From Saprospiraceae bacterium (GTDB lineage Bacteria > Bacteroidota > Bacteroidia > Chitinophagales > Saprospiraceae): 64,000 nucleotides of DNA. Of the stretch, positions 1 to 10,944 are shown piece after piece (position 1 is the stretch's first letter; every line of letters begins with the position of its first letter). The DNA is taken from NCBI GenBank assembly GCA_020628475.1, contig JAHDFB010000003.1:10142-74141 (forward strand). The letters are read 5' to 3'. Position numbers and translations under genes: made by a program. Below the pieces are notes generated by a model. The model did no database searches and was not told the DNA's origin. It saw only the letters and a list, made by a program, of their open reading frames with translations.

Positions 1-1998
1 ATCTATGAATCGGGTTAATGTATCTGGGCAACCGCTCGGATGCAATACGATCAAATCAATTTTTTGCAAACCCGTATCTTGGAAGGTAAAGGTTGTATTC
101 GGCTGAAATACCGATGCATCATCATTAAATATATACTGCCAAGAAATAGCATCAATGGAATTATCTACGAAACTGACCACATTATCGTTACTTGTCACTC
201 GATCTGGGGTATAATCAAAATCAGCAATCGGGCTCTCCTTTACTTGAATCCAAAACGGGTAGGAAGCGCTGGAATAGCAACCAATAGGTGATGTAATTTC
301 CAAATCAACAGAGAAAATTCCGGTTTCTTCATAGATATGCAACGGACTAATGGTTGTATCTGTTTTCCCGTCTCCAAAACTCCAGAGAATGTCATAGGCA
401 TCGCTGATCGGTTGGGATAAATTATTAAACTTAATATTCGCTGGAAGACAACCTTCAAAAGTACTCGGCTCCACTATAATATTAGCTGGAGCTGGATAAT
501 ACGGAATATCAATGATCATCGAATCTTTACAATCATTGATATCGGTTACCGTCAGTTTGACGATTTTATTATCCGCTGTTGTAAATTCATAGTCATGATC
601 GGCTATTTTGACCGTATCTTCTCCATTGAGATCCCATTCCCAATCTAAAATAATACCAGATCCAGATTCACTGAAATCTTCAAACGTGATCGGCCCAGGC
701 TGACAAGTGTCATAATCATAGGTGTAATCTGCCTCGATCGGAGGAAAGACTTCGATGAACAACAAGGCTGTATCTCGGCATTCATCTGAATTCGGATTAA
801 TGATCAATTGACCAAAATATTCGCCGATTTCAGGAAATTCGATGGTCGGATTCTCTTCATTGGAAGTGACCGTCTCTCCTAAAATATCAAACTCCCATAG
901 ATATTCTTCGATGAAGTTTTTGTCTTGACTTAAATTTTCGAAAGTGATTTCATTTTCGCCGCAAGAGCGAATTAAAAATTCTTGCTCTTTAATCACAGCA
1001 TCATTCGCCACATCCGCATATACTAAAATTTGACAAGCCGTTACGTTAAATTGAAAATCTCTTCTAACCTCGCTCAATAGCTCGCCATTTAGATATTCCT
1101 TCACACAGACTCCAATAACAAATTGGCCTGTTAATTTCGGATTTGCCGTAAGCAATCCAGTAAAGGTATTCAGATTAATCCCACTCCCAGGGCCTAAGGG
1201 ATTATCGACCATAAAATCGGGTCCTTTAAAAATGACCTCGTCATATGGTGGAATACAGTTTGCTGGACTTGGAGTTACTCCTAAACAATCGGTAGGATCA
1301 CCCGGATTCTCATTCGTACCGAGTGTACCTCCTGAAGTAATAGGATTACAAAATTCATATATTAATTGATGGCCTTCATCATCCGATGCTTTGTGATCAA
1401 AAAATAGAGGCGTATTGGCACAGACCACAATCGGAGGGAAATTATCGAAGGTCGGCGAATTATTACATATCTGTTGAGCCAACGGACTAATTTCAACTTG
1501 AAATACCGCTCCTGTACTCTGTGGATTTACAATATTAACAATGGTGTTATTTCGGCAACAACGTTGATAAGTCAACAGATATGAATCATTGATAACCGGT
1601 ACGTTGATATTGAAAATATAAGTTCCTCGTTCAACACAAACATTTGTTGGTTCTTCGATACAAGGATCATCATTGATTGGAATAGAAACCTGTTCTGTTA
1701 AATTTGAAGTAAAGGTTTGTTGATAAACCCAGTTGTCACCGCTACCGGCATACAGACCAAATTCTGCGGGTTCATCGAATTGGGCTCCACCACCGAAACA
1801 ATCTCGATACATATTGAAGGTGATCTGAAAGGTAGCTATAGGGGTCGCAGAAGAACTATCAATGCCGAGACATTCATAATACACTTCTCCACCAATGATA
1901 TGTTTCGCTTCCAATCTTTGTGTAAATAGGACTGAAAGAAAAACAAAGGCCAGCATGTAAATATTTCTCTGCATAAAATAAATTTTCTGTCCTTTCAT
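1..1998 (-). CDS. T9SS type B (gliding-motility C-terminal domain family) secreted multidomain protein, N-terminal ~660 aa; 3' end lies beyond the window start
   Basis: The reverse-strand frame is open from the window edge up to ATG 1998 (alternative ATGs at 1974 and 1956). My translation reads MKGQKIYFMQRNIYMLAFVFLSVLFTQRLEAKHIIGGEVYYECLGID...YRDCFGGGAQFDEP, later GTNENPGDPTDCLGVTPSPA and VVSFVDNSIDAISWQYIF. It is colinear with the 766-aa protein at 2876-5176. It is absent from the ORF track because it has no in-window stop. Confidence 0.8.
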   Translation of the reverse strand, partial: MKGQKIYFMQRNIYMLAFVFLSVLFTQRLEAKHIIGGEVYYECLGIDSSSATPIATFQITFNMYRDCFGGGAQFDEPAEFGLYAGSGDNWVYQQTFTSNLTEQVSIPINDDPCIEEPTNVCVERGTYIFNINVPVINDSYLLTYQRCCRNNTIVNIVNPQSTGAVFQVEISPLAQQICNNSPTFDNFPPIVVCANTPLFFDHKASDDEGHQLIYEFCNPITSGGTLGTNENPGDPTDCLGVTPSPANCIPPYDEVIFKGPDFMVDNPLGPGSGINLNTFTGLLTANPKLTGQFVIGVCVKEYLNGELLSEVRRDFQFNVTACQILVYADVANDAVIKEQEFLIRSCGENEITFENLSQDKNFIEEYLWEFDILGETVTSNEENPTIEFPEIGEYFGQLIINPNSDECRDTALLFIEVFPPIEADYTYDYDTCQPGPITFEDFSESGSGIILDWEWDLNGEDTVKIADHDYEFTTADNKIVKLTVTDINDCKDSMIIDIPYYPAPANIIVEPSTFEGCLPANIKFNNLSQPISDAYDILWSFGDGKTDTTISPLHIYEETGIFSVDLEITSPIGCYSSASYPFWIQVKESPIADFDYTPDRVTSNDNVVSFVDNSIDAISWQYIFNDDASVFQPNTTFTFQDTGLQKIDLIVLHPSGCPDTLTRFID

Positions 1999-2294
1999 GA
2001 CTTGTGCATTTTACTATTAATAAAGAACTCTAAAACTCGAATTTTATTGCTCTGAACCAAAGTTAACAACTAATAAATCAGCAACAAAGTTTAAATTGTC
2101 AAACGGAATATATTTAATTCAAATAAACCGTCTTGCACAGGATGATAAAAAGTTAATTTTTTCCTAATAAATTTTAGAATTTCAATACTTTTCCTCATTT
2201 CATTGGCGTTTCTTGTACGAACATTTGAAATAATCAACGGACTATATCAAATGTGAACGAACATTCCTGTATCTAAAACTCGAGAAACCATTCT

Positions 2295-2864
2295 ATGATT
2301 AATGACTCTTTAATTAATGAAACCGCTGCGATTCTACATGAAGGAAAGACTATATTGTATCCAACCGACACTATTTGGGGACTAGGATGTGACGCCACGA
2401 ATGCGGACGCAGTGAAAAAAATCTTTGAAATTAAAGAACGATCACCAGAAAAGGCTTTCATCTTATTAGTAGATAGTATAGAAATGCTTAAAAACTATGT
2501 AAAAAAGATTCATCCTCGAGTTGAAACCTTACTTGTTTATCATAAAAGACCACTGACATTAATTTATAAAGAAGCTATAAATCTTCCTGACATCAGTCAA
2601 TCTAAAGATAAGTCCGTAGGAATTCGAATTGCCATTGATCCCTTTTGTCAACGATTGATATCGACTTTTGGCAAGCCCATTATCTCAACTTCGGCGAATA
2701 AAAGTAATGAAGGATCGCCAAAATTTTACGACGAAATATCACAATCCATTAAAACAGAGGTGGATTACATTGTCGATCACCGTCGAGAAGATAGAGAGCC
2801 TAAAGAACCGTCTATTATCGCTACTTTCGATAAAAATGGAGAGCTCAATATTATAAGGGGTTAA
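2295..2864 (+). CDS. tsaC: L-threonylcarbamoyladenylate synthase (TsaC/YrdC/Sua5 family)
   Basis: 189-aa ORF with YrdC-domain motifs ILYPTDTIWGLGCDATN and GKPIISTSANKS. Confidence 0.85.
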   Translation: MINDSLINETAAILHEGKTILYPTDTIWGLGCDATNADAVKKIFEIKERSPEKAFILLVDSIEMLKNYVKKIHPRVETLLVYHKRPLTLIYKEAINLPDISQSKDKSVGIRIAIDPFCQRLISTFGKPIISTSANKSNEGSPKFYDEISQSIKTEVDYIVDHRREDREPKEPSIIATFDKNGELNIIRG

Positions 2865-2875
2865 GTACCTCTTGA

Positions 2876-5176
2876 TTAACGTATGAGCGTGATGACACCT
2901 TTTTCTTCAATCAATTGCTGATCCGCATCGAGATAGCTGTATTTGTACACATAAATGTCCGAAGGTAATTCACGACCTTGATTATTAATTCGGCCATTCC
3001 ATCCTAAGGCGATGTCATCCGATTGGAACACGCGTTCCCCCGATCGCGCATAGACCTCCATGTAAAAGTCTTCGATCAAATCTATATTTCCTTTACCTTT
3101 GAATAGATCATTGATTCCATCCCCATTCGGAGAGAAAGCATTCGGAATAAAAAAGCTTGAAGTAGGGCGTATCAATAATGTCTTCATGATTGTGTCGGGA
3201 CAACCACTTGGGTGAAGCGCAATCAGTTCAATCGTATGAAGTCCGATAGTATCAAAAACATAATTTGGATTAGGTTGATAAACTGTATTTTCATTATCGA
3301 ATATATACTGCCAACTAATCGCATCCGTCGATTCATTTCTGAATTGAATCACAACATCATTTCCTTCCGGATTTTCAGGGGTAAATGAAAAATCAGCAAT
3401 CGGCGCAGGCAATACTTCAATCCAAAAAGGATATTCTCGGCTTACATAACAATCCAATGGGCTGGTTATCTCAATTCCTACTGAATAAACACCCACTTCC
3501 TTGTAATCATGCACTTCATTGAGATTTGTTCCAAAGGTACCGTCTCCGAAATCCCATAGTATATCGTAGCTATCATCTATTGGAGTAGAAAGATTATTAA
3601 AAATAATATTGGCGGGAGAACAACCAGCAAACGTATTCGGTTCGACAACAACGACCGGAGGTGCCGGATAATAATCAAATTCTTTTTCGATCATATTCGA
3701 GCAACCATTTAAATCGGAAGTCGTCAATCGAACGGTTTTCGTACCAGGAGTCTCATAAAAATAATCGGGATCCTGAATATTACTTCCATCTCCTCCATCA
3801 AACTCCCAGTCCCAGGTCAATATAACGCCAGTCTCACTCATCGAGGCGTCTTCAAATTTGACCTTTTCAGCAACACAGGTATCGTAATCCAATTCAAAAT
3901 CTGCCACCATATCTGGATACACATCGATTTCAAGGAATAAGGTATCCGAACATCCATTACTTTCTGGATTCAAAACCATTAAACCTGTATAAAAACCAGG
4001 TTCAGGAAAAGGGACGGAAACATCTCTCGTATCATATTCGACAGTTTCTGTTGGTGATAAGAAGAATCTCCACAAATATCCTTCAATCGTCGCTTCATCT
4101 TCCGATTCATTGATAATATCCAATGGTTCATCTCCGCAATGTTCTAATTTGAGATTTTTCCCAACGATAACCTCAGCATCTTCAATAGCCGCACTTACAT
4201 TGATTATACATTCCGTAACATTGAATTGAAAATCTCGTTGAACAACACCTAATAATTCTCCATCCAGATACTCACTTATACAAACCCCGACCACATATTG
4301 CCCCAATTCCATAGGACTTCCAGTCATCATTCCTGTATTGGAATTAATCTGCAAATTTGCCGCAGTTCCCAGTGGATTCGAAAAACTAAAATTGGGTAAT
4401 TTGAACACCAACTCATCATATGGTGGTGGGCACATGGAAACATCTGGATTGATTCCTTCACAATCCCAGACATTACCAGGATTTCCAAATAAACCATTCG
4501 TTCCTCCACCATCTAATGGTGCACAAAATTCATAAACCAAGGTATGTCCATCCGGATCCGTAGCACTGTGATCAAAAACAAGATCTTTATTTCCACAAAT
4601 GATGGGAGGTGGTAAGTCATTAAATTTTGGTGAGTTATTACAGATTTGTTGTGCTAACGGAGAAATAGAAACCGTGAATGAAACGCCAGCTTCCTCCGGC
4701 TGTACGATATTTACAATCGTATTATTTCTACAACATCGTTGGTAAACAACCATATAAGATTCATCATTTGAAACCGGAAATTGAAATTCGAATTCATACG
4801 TTCCTTCGTCCAAACATACATTTGCTGGTGGTTCGATACAAGGATCATCGGTCAAAGGTAAATCCGCATCAATACTGATACCCGCATTCTTAAACTCAAC
4901 AAATTCCCAATCATCACCTGATCCTCGAAACAAATAAAAATCACCCGGATCATCGAATTGTGCTCCTCCACCCTGACAGTCCCGATACATTTTAGCTGTA
5001 AATGCAAACGTTGCGTATTCTACCCCATTGATCACATCAATACCCAAACAATCATAGGTTATTTCACCTCCTACCAAATGCGCAGAATACAGATCACGAG
5101 GGCCGATCAAGAAAATCAGGAAAGCAAGGACGAACATTACATGTTTCGATATGCTGTAATAAGTAGACATAAACAA
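2876..5176 (-). CDS. T9SS type B sorting-domain (gliding motility-associated C-terminal domain) protein with PKD-like repeats
   Basis: 766-aa ORF with a hydrophobic N-terminus and a Cys-rich N-domain (HLVGGEITYDCLG...YRDCQGGGAQFDD). It has PKD-like repeats (WDWEFDGGDG, WDFGDG). The C-terminal FFIPNAFSPNGDGINDLF motif is typical of type B T9SS tails. Confidence 0.85.
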   Translation of the reverse strand: MFMSTYYSISKHVMFVLAFLIFLIGPRDLYSAHLVGGEITYDCLGIDVINGVEYATFAFTAKMYRDCQGGGAQFDDPGDFYLFRGSGDDWEFVEFKNAGISIDADLPLTDDPCIEPPANVCLDEGTYEFEFQFPVSNDESYMVVYQRCCRNNTIVNIVQPEEAGVSFTVSISPLAQQICNNSPKFNDLPPPIICGNKDLVFDHSATDPDGHTLVYEFCAPLDGGGTNGLFGNPGNVWDCEGINPDVSMCPPPYDELVFKLPNFSFSNPLGTAANLQINSNTGMMTGSPMELGQYVVGVCISEYLDGELLGVVQRDFQFNVTECIINVSAAIEDAEVIVGKNLKLEHCGDEPLDIINESEDEATIEGYLWRFFLSPTETVEYDTRDVSVPFPEPGFYTGLMVLNPESNGCSDTLFLEIDVYPDMVADFELDYDTCVAEKVKFEDASMSETGVILTWDWEFDGGDGSNIQDPDYFYETPGTKTVRLTTSDLNGCSNMIEKEFDYYPAPPVVVVEPNTFAGCSPANIIFNNLSTPIDDSYDILWDFGDGTFGTNLNEVHDYKEVGVYSVGIEITSPLDCYVSREYPFWIEVLPAPIADFSFTPENPEGNDVVIQFRNESTDAISWQYIFDNENTVYQPNPNYVFDTIGLHTIELIALHPSGCPDTIMKTLLIRPTSSFFIPNAFSPNGDGINDLFKGKGNIDLIEDFYMEVYARSGERVFQSDDIALGWNGRINNQGRELPSDIYVYKYSYLDADQQLIEEKGVITLIR

Positions 5177-5338
5177 ATCTTTACGTAATAGTAATATGCA
5201 GATGATTGCTAAGATAAGGGATTATTAAGAGATCGCCATCTTAATACATCTTTATTACATGAATGTATTACAATATGTGTTTAAGAATACTTTTTAGCAA
5301 TATTCTGCTGCGTATGTGTTACATTTTTTAGATGTACA

Positions 5339-6892
5339 CTAGTCCTTTAAAAAATCGGCAAATATATTTTCGAAATTAAGTACTTCTTGGGCCTTTAGAA
5401 TAAATGGATCTCTAGCATATTTTTGCAATCGAGCTGGATCCTGTAATCCTAATTGATACAATATTTCTGTCTGAACCAAATTAGTATGTAAATCAACAGC
5501 AGCTGGGTCAACAATTCCATGATCCAGCATAAATTGTTCTTCGTTTTCCTTAGCACTTTCCACCATAACTTGCGCATTGAAATCGGGCATTTGACCAGGC
5601 CGTAGTCCGAGTCTATTGACAATGCTAAAAGCTTCAGACACAACCGTCCTTCTGGTTATATCTTCTGTTTTCATCATGACATCATCATACTGGACGACAT
5701 AGTCTGGCATAATACCACCCTGCGCGTCTAAAGGACGTTGTAAGGTTTTTGTCTTATATTCAATGGTATCATTGATCTGATCAATATCGTAAGGTGTTTG
5801 AATATATCTTCCCGACGGCGTAAAATATCGTGCCGTTGTCAATCGAATACTACCGCCATTGTTCAAATCAAATTGATCTTGAACCAAGCCTTTACCATAA
5901 GACTGTTCACCGACTATAATTCCTTGATCCCAATCTTGAACCGCTCCTGCAATAATTTCACTAGCACTAGCTGAATTTCGATTGATAATGACCGCCAATT
6001 TTTCCACTCTATAGAAGGGCCTACCTGTCGTTTTATATTCCGACTTATTATTTTTCCCTTGCGTGTAAACAAGTAAACGCTTATCCTCCTCAAATAACTG
6101 ATTTAAGATTTTAGTGGCTTCTTGAAGATATCCACCAGGATTATTTCTCAAATCGATGATCAAAGATTCAATGATCTTATCCTTTTGAAAATATTCCAAA
6201 GCCTTTACAATTTCCTCATAGGTATCATCGCTAAACTTTTCTATATTCATGTAGGCATTATCACCGATATAAAAGTAATCTACATTTGGATATTGAATTT
6301 TTTCTGGTTTAATTTCCACCTGTTTCAGCTGATTCTGAACATCCAGTAATTGCATGGAGATCGATTGTCCATCATCCACTTTCAGTAATGCCCACTGATC
6401 TTCTACGGCCATACCCACTCCGGCAACCATGGTGTCTTGAATATTGATAATTCGATCACCATATGACAAGCTGGCCTTTTCAGCAGGAGAACCTTCCATC
6501 ACTTTTGTAATTCGAAGCGTATCATCAAGTACAATGGTTTCTATGCCCACTCCCCTATAATAACCAGACATACGTTGATTGATCTTTCCAATATCCGTTG
6601 CAGGAATATATACTGAATGAGGATCTAATTGATCAAAAATAGCGATTGTTGCGGCATCCATTAATTTCTCTTCATCGACCTCATCCACATATTTTGACTC
6701 GATAAAACGAAGCAACTCTTCCAATCTCCCAATTTTTCCTTCCTCTCCTTCATAACTTTTTATGAGACTCATGGATCGCCCGTTTTGCTCACCGGACATT
6801 CTAAAACCGACGAGCATTCCAAAAGCCGTAAAACCAGCAAATAACAGCGGATACCAAATTTTTGATTGTTGTAACTTCGATTTTCTTGTCAT
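5339..6892 (-). CDS. S41 family C-terminal processing peptidase
   Basis: 517-aa ORF with an N-terminal TM helix, a PDZ-like segment (KVMEGSPAEKASLSYGDRI) and S41 motifs NRNSASASEIIAGAVQD and GEQSYGKGLVQ. Confidence 0.85.
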   Translation of the reverse strand: MTRKSKLQQSKIWYPLLFAGFTAFGMLVGFRMSGEQNGRSMSLIKSYEGEEGKIGRLEELLRFIESKYVDEVDEEKLMDAATIAIFDQLDPHSVYIPATDIGKINQRMSGYYRGVGIETIVLDDTLRITKVMEGSPAEKASLSYGDRIINIQDTMVAGVGMAVEDQWALLKVDDGQSISMQLLDVQNQLKQVEIKPEKIQYPNVDYFYIGDNAYMNIEKFSDDTYEEIVKALEYFQKDKIIESLIIDLRNNPGGYLQEATKILNQLFEEDKRLLVYTQGKNNKSEYKTTGRPFYRVEKLAVIINRNSASASEIIAGAVQDWDQGIIVGEQSYGKGLVQDQFDLNNGGSIRLTTARYFTPSGRYIQTPYDIDQINDTIEYKTKTLQRPLDAQGGIMPDYVVQYDDVMMKTEDITRRTVVSEAFSIVNRLGLRPGQMPDFNAQVMVESAKENEEQFMLDHGIVDPAAVDLHTNLVQTEILYQLGLQDPARLQKYARDPFILKAQEVLNFENIFADFLKD

Positions 6893-7165
6893 AATTTCAA
6901 ATCTGCTTCAAATATATAGTATTAATAGAAGCTTCAGAGATATACTCGACCAATCTGTTAAAAAAGCAGCGAAACGAACATTGATGGAATCCCTTTTTTA
7001 GGAACTTGTTGAACGAAAATTTAACATATACACAAGTTATACATATATTTGACATTGATGCTCTGAGTTCAACAAGTATGTATGTTTTATAATATGTAGC
7101 ATTACACTTCCGATATATCATCAAAGACTTTTACTGAATCATAGGTACTTAATAAATTTATTACA

Positions 7166-7618
7166 ATGCAAAAAATTTACTTTTTACTGTTTCTTATTGC
7201 TTGCTTTTTTGGTCATGGATCCCTTCAAGGCCAAGACATTTTGTTACTTAAAACAAATGGAAAAGTAGTCATTGGAGACACTTCACAAATCAGCACCCCA
7301 GGAAATTACAACCTCTACATTCAAAACGGAATACTCACAGAAAGGGTAAAAGTTGCCCTCAAAGAATCCCTCGATTGGTCCGATGATTCTTTCGATAAAA
7401 CACCGAGTCTTCAGGCAGTAGAGCAATCTATAAAAGAACATTCACACCTTATTAATATTCCTTCTGCAGAAGAAGTTGTCAACGATGGTTATGAACTCCA
7501 AGATATGGATGCCAAACTTCTTGAACAAATTGAATGGCTCTGGCAACATATGATCGAGCTAAAAGCGGAAAATGAAGCCTTACGAAAAGAACTTGAAGAA
7601 CTAAAAAAAGAAAAATAG
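7166..7618 (+). CDS. secreted hypothetical protein with C-terminal coiled coil
   Basis: 150-aa ORF with a signal peptide (MQKIYFLLFLIACFFGHGSLQG) and a heptad-like tail (LLEQIEWLWQHMIELKAENEALRKELEELKKEK). Confidence 0.6.
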   Translation: MQKIYFLLFLIACFFGHGSLQGQDILLLKTNGKVVIGDTSQISTPGNYNLYIQNGILTERVKVALKESLDWSDDSFDKTPSLQAVEQSIKEHSHLINIPSAEEVVNDGYELQDMDAKLLEQIEWLWQHMIELKAENEALRKELEELKKEK

Positions 7619-7660
7619 TTCCATCCCTTTCTTTCTAAAAACAACTTTAATTTCCTATCA

Positions 7661-9469
7661 ATGAATGCAATTTATAGATGGTCTGGATACCTGCATCTCT
7701 TTATATTGATGTTGGTCATTCCATTCCAGATTTTGGCACAAGCGAATGATACCATTATTCTAGGTCAAGGTTATCACCCTGGAGTCACCGTATCAACCAG
7801 CTCACAAACTGCCGAATCTCCAGCAGAAAACACCTTGAACGAAGCAGGATTCCTTCCCAATTTAAACAAGGCTTCTCGTTTTCTATCGCAAGCTACCTTA
7901 GGGTATAATTACGAAGAAATCGTGGCCGTCACCGATATGGGAATCGAAGACTGGATCGACAGTCAATATACGATAATCCAAACGGATACCTTATTAAAAA
8001 ATGTGCGAGCACTGGTTCAAACCTATCGGGACTCCACTAAAAATCCCGAAGCGAATGGAACAAATCGTCAGTGGAAATATGCTTGGTGGGATTACCACAT
8101 GTCCAATCAAGATCACCTGAGACAGCGTATTGCCTTAGCTTTAAGTGAAATACTAGTAATATCGGAAAAATCCAGTTTCGGAGGAAATCCTTATGCATTA
8201 GCGGATTATTATGACATCTTTTTGCGTCATGCATTCGGAAATTACCGCGATATTCTCAATGATGTCACCTTACATGCCTCCATGGGTGTCTATCTTACCT
8301 ACTTAAATAATCCGAAAACTGATACTTCTACCAATCGGTTTCCAGATGAGAATTATGCCCGAGAGATCATGCAATTATTCACGCTGGGACTCTATGAATT
8401 AAATAATGATGGAACCAGAAAACTGGACTCTTTAGATCAATTCATCAGTACCTATGACAACACAGATATTGCTGAATTTGCCAAGGTATTTACTGGTTTT
8501 TCTTGGGCCGATCGAGACGATTTTGGAAAGCGAGCCCGAAAAGATACCAGTTACATTCCAGATATGATCATGTTTGATTCTTGGCACGAGCCTGGTCCAA
8601 AGTATTTATTAAATGGATTTGTTGTACCCGATCGTAATCCAGTAGATGGCTTAGCCGATGTGCAAGATGCCTTAGACAATCTATTTGAACATCCGAATGT
8701 AGGGCCATTTATCTGTAAATTACTGATTCAACGATTGGTTACGTCCAATCCGCCAGCAGATTATGTAGATCGAGTCGCCACGGTATTCAATGATAATGGT
8801 CAAGGTGTTCGAGGAGACATGAAATCGATTATTAAAGCGATTTTACTAGATCCTTATGCAAACGATTGTGAAGCCATCGACAATTTTGATTTCGGTATGT
8901 TGCGTGAACCTTTTGTGCGCTATATGCAGATCAACAAGGCTTTTGATGCAAGTACGATATCAGGTGTATATAGAAATGATATGCAGACTGTAGAAACGTT
9001 GGTCGAACAAAGTCCACTATTTAGTCCAAGTGTATTCAATTTCTTCCAAGCAGACTATCAACCTTTAGGCCCCATCAATGATGCTAATTTAGTAGCACCT
9101 GAATTCCAAATTACGGATGCTCAAACCATCGCTGGATACATCAATGCAGTTTATGAATGGATTGTAAGGGACAATATAGCCGATGAATATGATTTATTTG
9201 GTGGAGAGGACGATGCTGGATACGCCGATGAAAGAAGTTTTATTGATTTGGGTGATGAAACCGTGTACACTGATGATAATGAATTACATATACTGCTCGA
9301 TCGACTCAACCTCATTTTAGCTCAGGGTCGATTATCGGATCTAACCGAAAACACCATTATAGAAACCTTAAAAGAATTTCCTAACAATACAGCCGAGCAA
9401 CAAGAAGATCGCGTGCGACTTGCCATCTATTTGGTAGTATCTGCTCCGGAATACCTTATAAACAGATAA
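7661..9469 (+). CDS. DUF1800-like secreted protein
   Basis: 602-aa ORF with a signal peptide. Its size and 3-nt spacing to a DUF1501-type gene match the widespread DUF1800/DUF1501 pair. The family name comes from recall, not a search. Confidence 0.7.
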   Translation: MNAIYRWSGYLHLFILMLVIPFQILAQANDTIILGQGYHPGVTVSTSSQTAESPAENTLNEAGFLPNLNKASRFLSQATLGYNYEEIVAVTDMGIEDWIDSQYTIIQTDTLLKNVRALVQTYRDSTKNPEANGTNRQWKYAWWDYHMSNQDHLRQRIALALSEILVISEKSSFGGNPYALADYYDIFLRHAFGNYRDILNDVTLHASMGVYLTYLNNPKTDTSTNRFPDENYAREIMQLFTLGLYELNNDGTRKLDSLDQFISTYDNTDIAEFAKVFTGFSWADRDDFGKRARKDTSYIPDMIMFDSWHEPGPKYLLNGFVVPDRNPVDGLADVQDALDNLFEHPNVGPFICKLLIQRLVTSNPPADYVDRVATVFNDNGQGVRGDMKSIIKAILLDPYANDCEAIDNFDFGMLREPFVRYMQINKAFDASTISGVYRNDMQTVETLVEQSPLFSPSVFNFFQADYQPLGPINDANLVAPEFQITDAQTIAGYINAVYEWIVRDNIADEYDLFGGEDDAGYADERSFIDLGDETVYTDDNELHILLDRLNLILAQGRLSDLTENTIIETLKEFPNNTAEQQEDRVRLAIYLVVSAPEYLINR

Positions 9470-9472
9470 ATC

Positions 9473-10930
9473 ATGGGACGTAAATTAACAAGAAGAAAAT
9501 TCCTGGCAGACGCTTCCTGTGCTGCTATGGGTTCCACCGCATTCCTTTCATCTTTTGTCAACTTAGGAATGCTTAACACCTTGGCTGCAAGGCCTCATAT
9601 ACTCTCCAATTCGCAGGATTACAAGGCCATCGTTTGTATACTACTTGCTGGAGGCGTCGATTCATACAACATGTTGGTTCCTACCGAACAAAGCGAATAC
9701 GATGATTATGTAACGACGAGGAGTGCTATTGCCCTTGATAAAGATGCTACGGATCCCTATCAATTACTCGATTTGGATTACAATGATAATGGTAGAACAT
9801 TTGCAGTGAATGCTTCTATGGAAAAGGTTCGCGATATGTTCGATGCTAACCAACTTTCCTTTATATCGAATATCGGAACATTGGCAGAACCGATCGCTAA
9901 TAAAGCCGAATACCAAAGTGGTACAAAAAAACGACCGCTTGGATTATTTTCGCACAGTGATCAAATCATGCAATGGCAAACCTCCGTTCCATTGAATAGA
10001 TCAGCCATAGGGTTCGGAGGAAGAATGGCAGACATTCTCAATGATATGAATACGATTGATGGGGTGTCGATGAATATCTCCTTAAGTGGTAAAAATCGAT
10101 TCCAAACCGGTAATCTATATCCAGAATATTCCATCAAAAACAATACAGATTCCAACAATATTGGTTTCACAGGGGTACCTTCTTGGTATTCCAATGCAGG
10201 CTATCTAAATGATCTAGTAGCTGGTACGATCACCAATGCAGCAGAACAACAATACGCCAATATTTTCCATAAAACAATGGGCGATCTAACATCTCAGACA
10301 GTCGAAAGTATAGAAATATTTAGAGCTGCATTGGGTAATGTAGTACCTCTTAATACATCCTTCTCCGACACGAATCTATCCAAAGATATGCGCAAGATTG
10401 CCGAGATCATTCAAGTACAATCGCATTTGGGCGCCAATCGTCAGATCTTTTTCGTAACCATCGGAGGATGGGATCATCATGATGACGTGATCGCTCGACA
10501 AAACATTCTATTACCTCAGGTGAGTAATGCCATGTTCGAGTTCAATGATGCAATGGCAGAGTTGGGCAGAACAAACGATGTGATCACCTTTACCGTCAGT
10601 GATTTTGCCCGCACCTTGACAACCAACGGAAATGGATCGGATCATGCTTGGGGAGGAAATCAAATGATCATGGGAGGACCGATCAAAGGTGGTGAAATCT
10701 TTGGAAATTATCCTTCCTTACATTTGGATGATCCATTAAATGTCTCCCATCGCGGTAATTTAATTCCAACGACTTCTGTCGATGAATTCTATGCGGAAAT
10801 CGCCTTGTGGTATGGAGTTTCTGTCAATGACTTAGACTATGTACTTCCGAATTTGTGTAATTTCTATGCTTCTTCAAATTGTACGACAGCACCTCCTTCT
10901 TCTTACATGCCAATTGGAATGTTTCAATAA
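9473..10930 (+). CDS. DUF1501 domain protein (sulfatase/alkaline-phosphatase-like fold) with Tat-type signal
   Basis: 485-aa ORF with a twin-arginine N-terminus (MGRKLTRRKFLADASCAAMG) and the motifs GGWDHHDD and GSDHAWGG. Confidence 0.8.
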   Translation: MGRKLTRRKFLADASCAAMGSTAFLSSFVNLGMLNTLAARPHILSNSQDYKAIVCILLAGGVDSYNMLVPTEQSEYDDYVTTRSAIALDKDATDPYQLLDLDYNDNGRTFAVNASMEKVRDMFDANQLSFISNIGTLAEPIANKAEYQSGTKKRPLGLFSHSDQIMQWQTSVPLNRSAIGFGGRMADILNDMNTIDGVSMNISLSGKNRFQTGNLYPEYSIKNNTDSNNIGFTGVPSWYSNAGYLNDLVAGTITNAAEQQYANIFHKTMGDLTSQTVESIEIFRAALGNVVPLNTSFSDTNLSKDMRKIAEIIQVQSHLGANRQIFFVTIGGWDHHDDVIARQNILLPQVSNAMFEFNDAMAELGRTNDVITFTVSDFARTLTTNGNGSDHAWGGNQMIMGGPIKGGEIFGNYPSLHLDDPLNVSHRGNLIPTTSVDEFYAEIALWYGVSVNDLDYVLPNLCNFYASSNCTTAPPSSYMPIGMFQ

Positions 10931-10944
10931 TTAAACGGGAAATA

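Noticed and set aside
10879-10944. Upstream extension of the PA14-protein ORF overlapping the DUF1501 gene
   Set aside because: The extension encodes no signal peptide and overlaps the preceding gene by 52 nt. The ATG at 10945 gives a canonical signal peptide.
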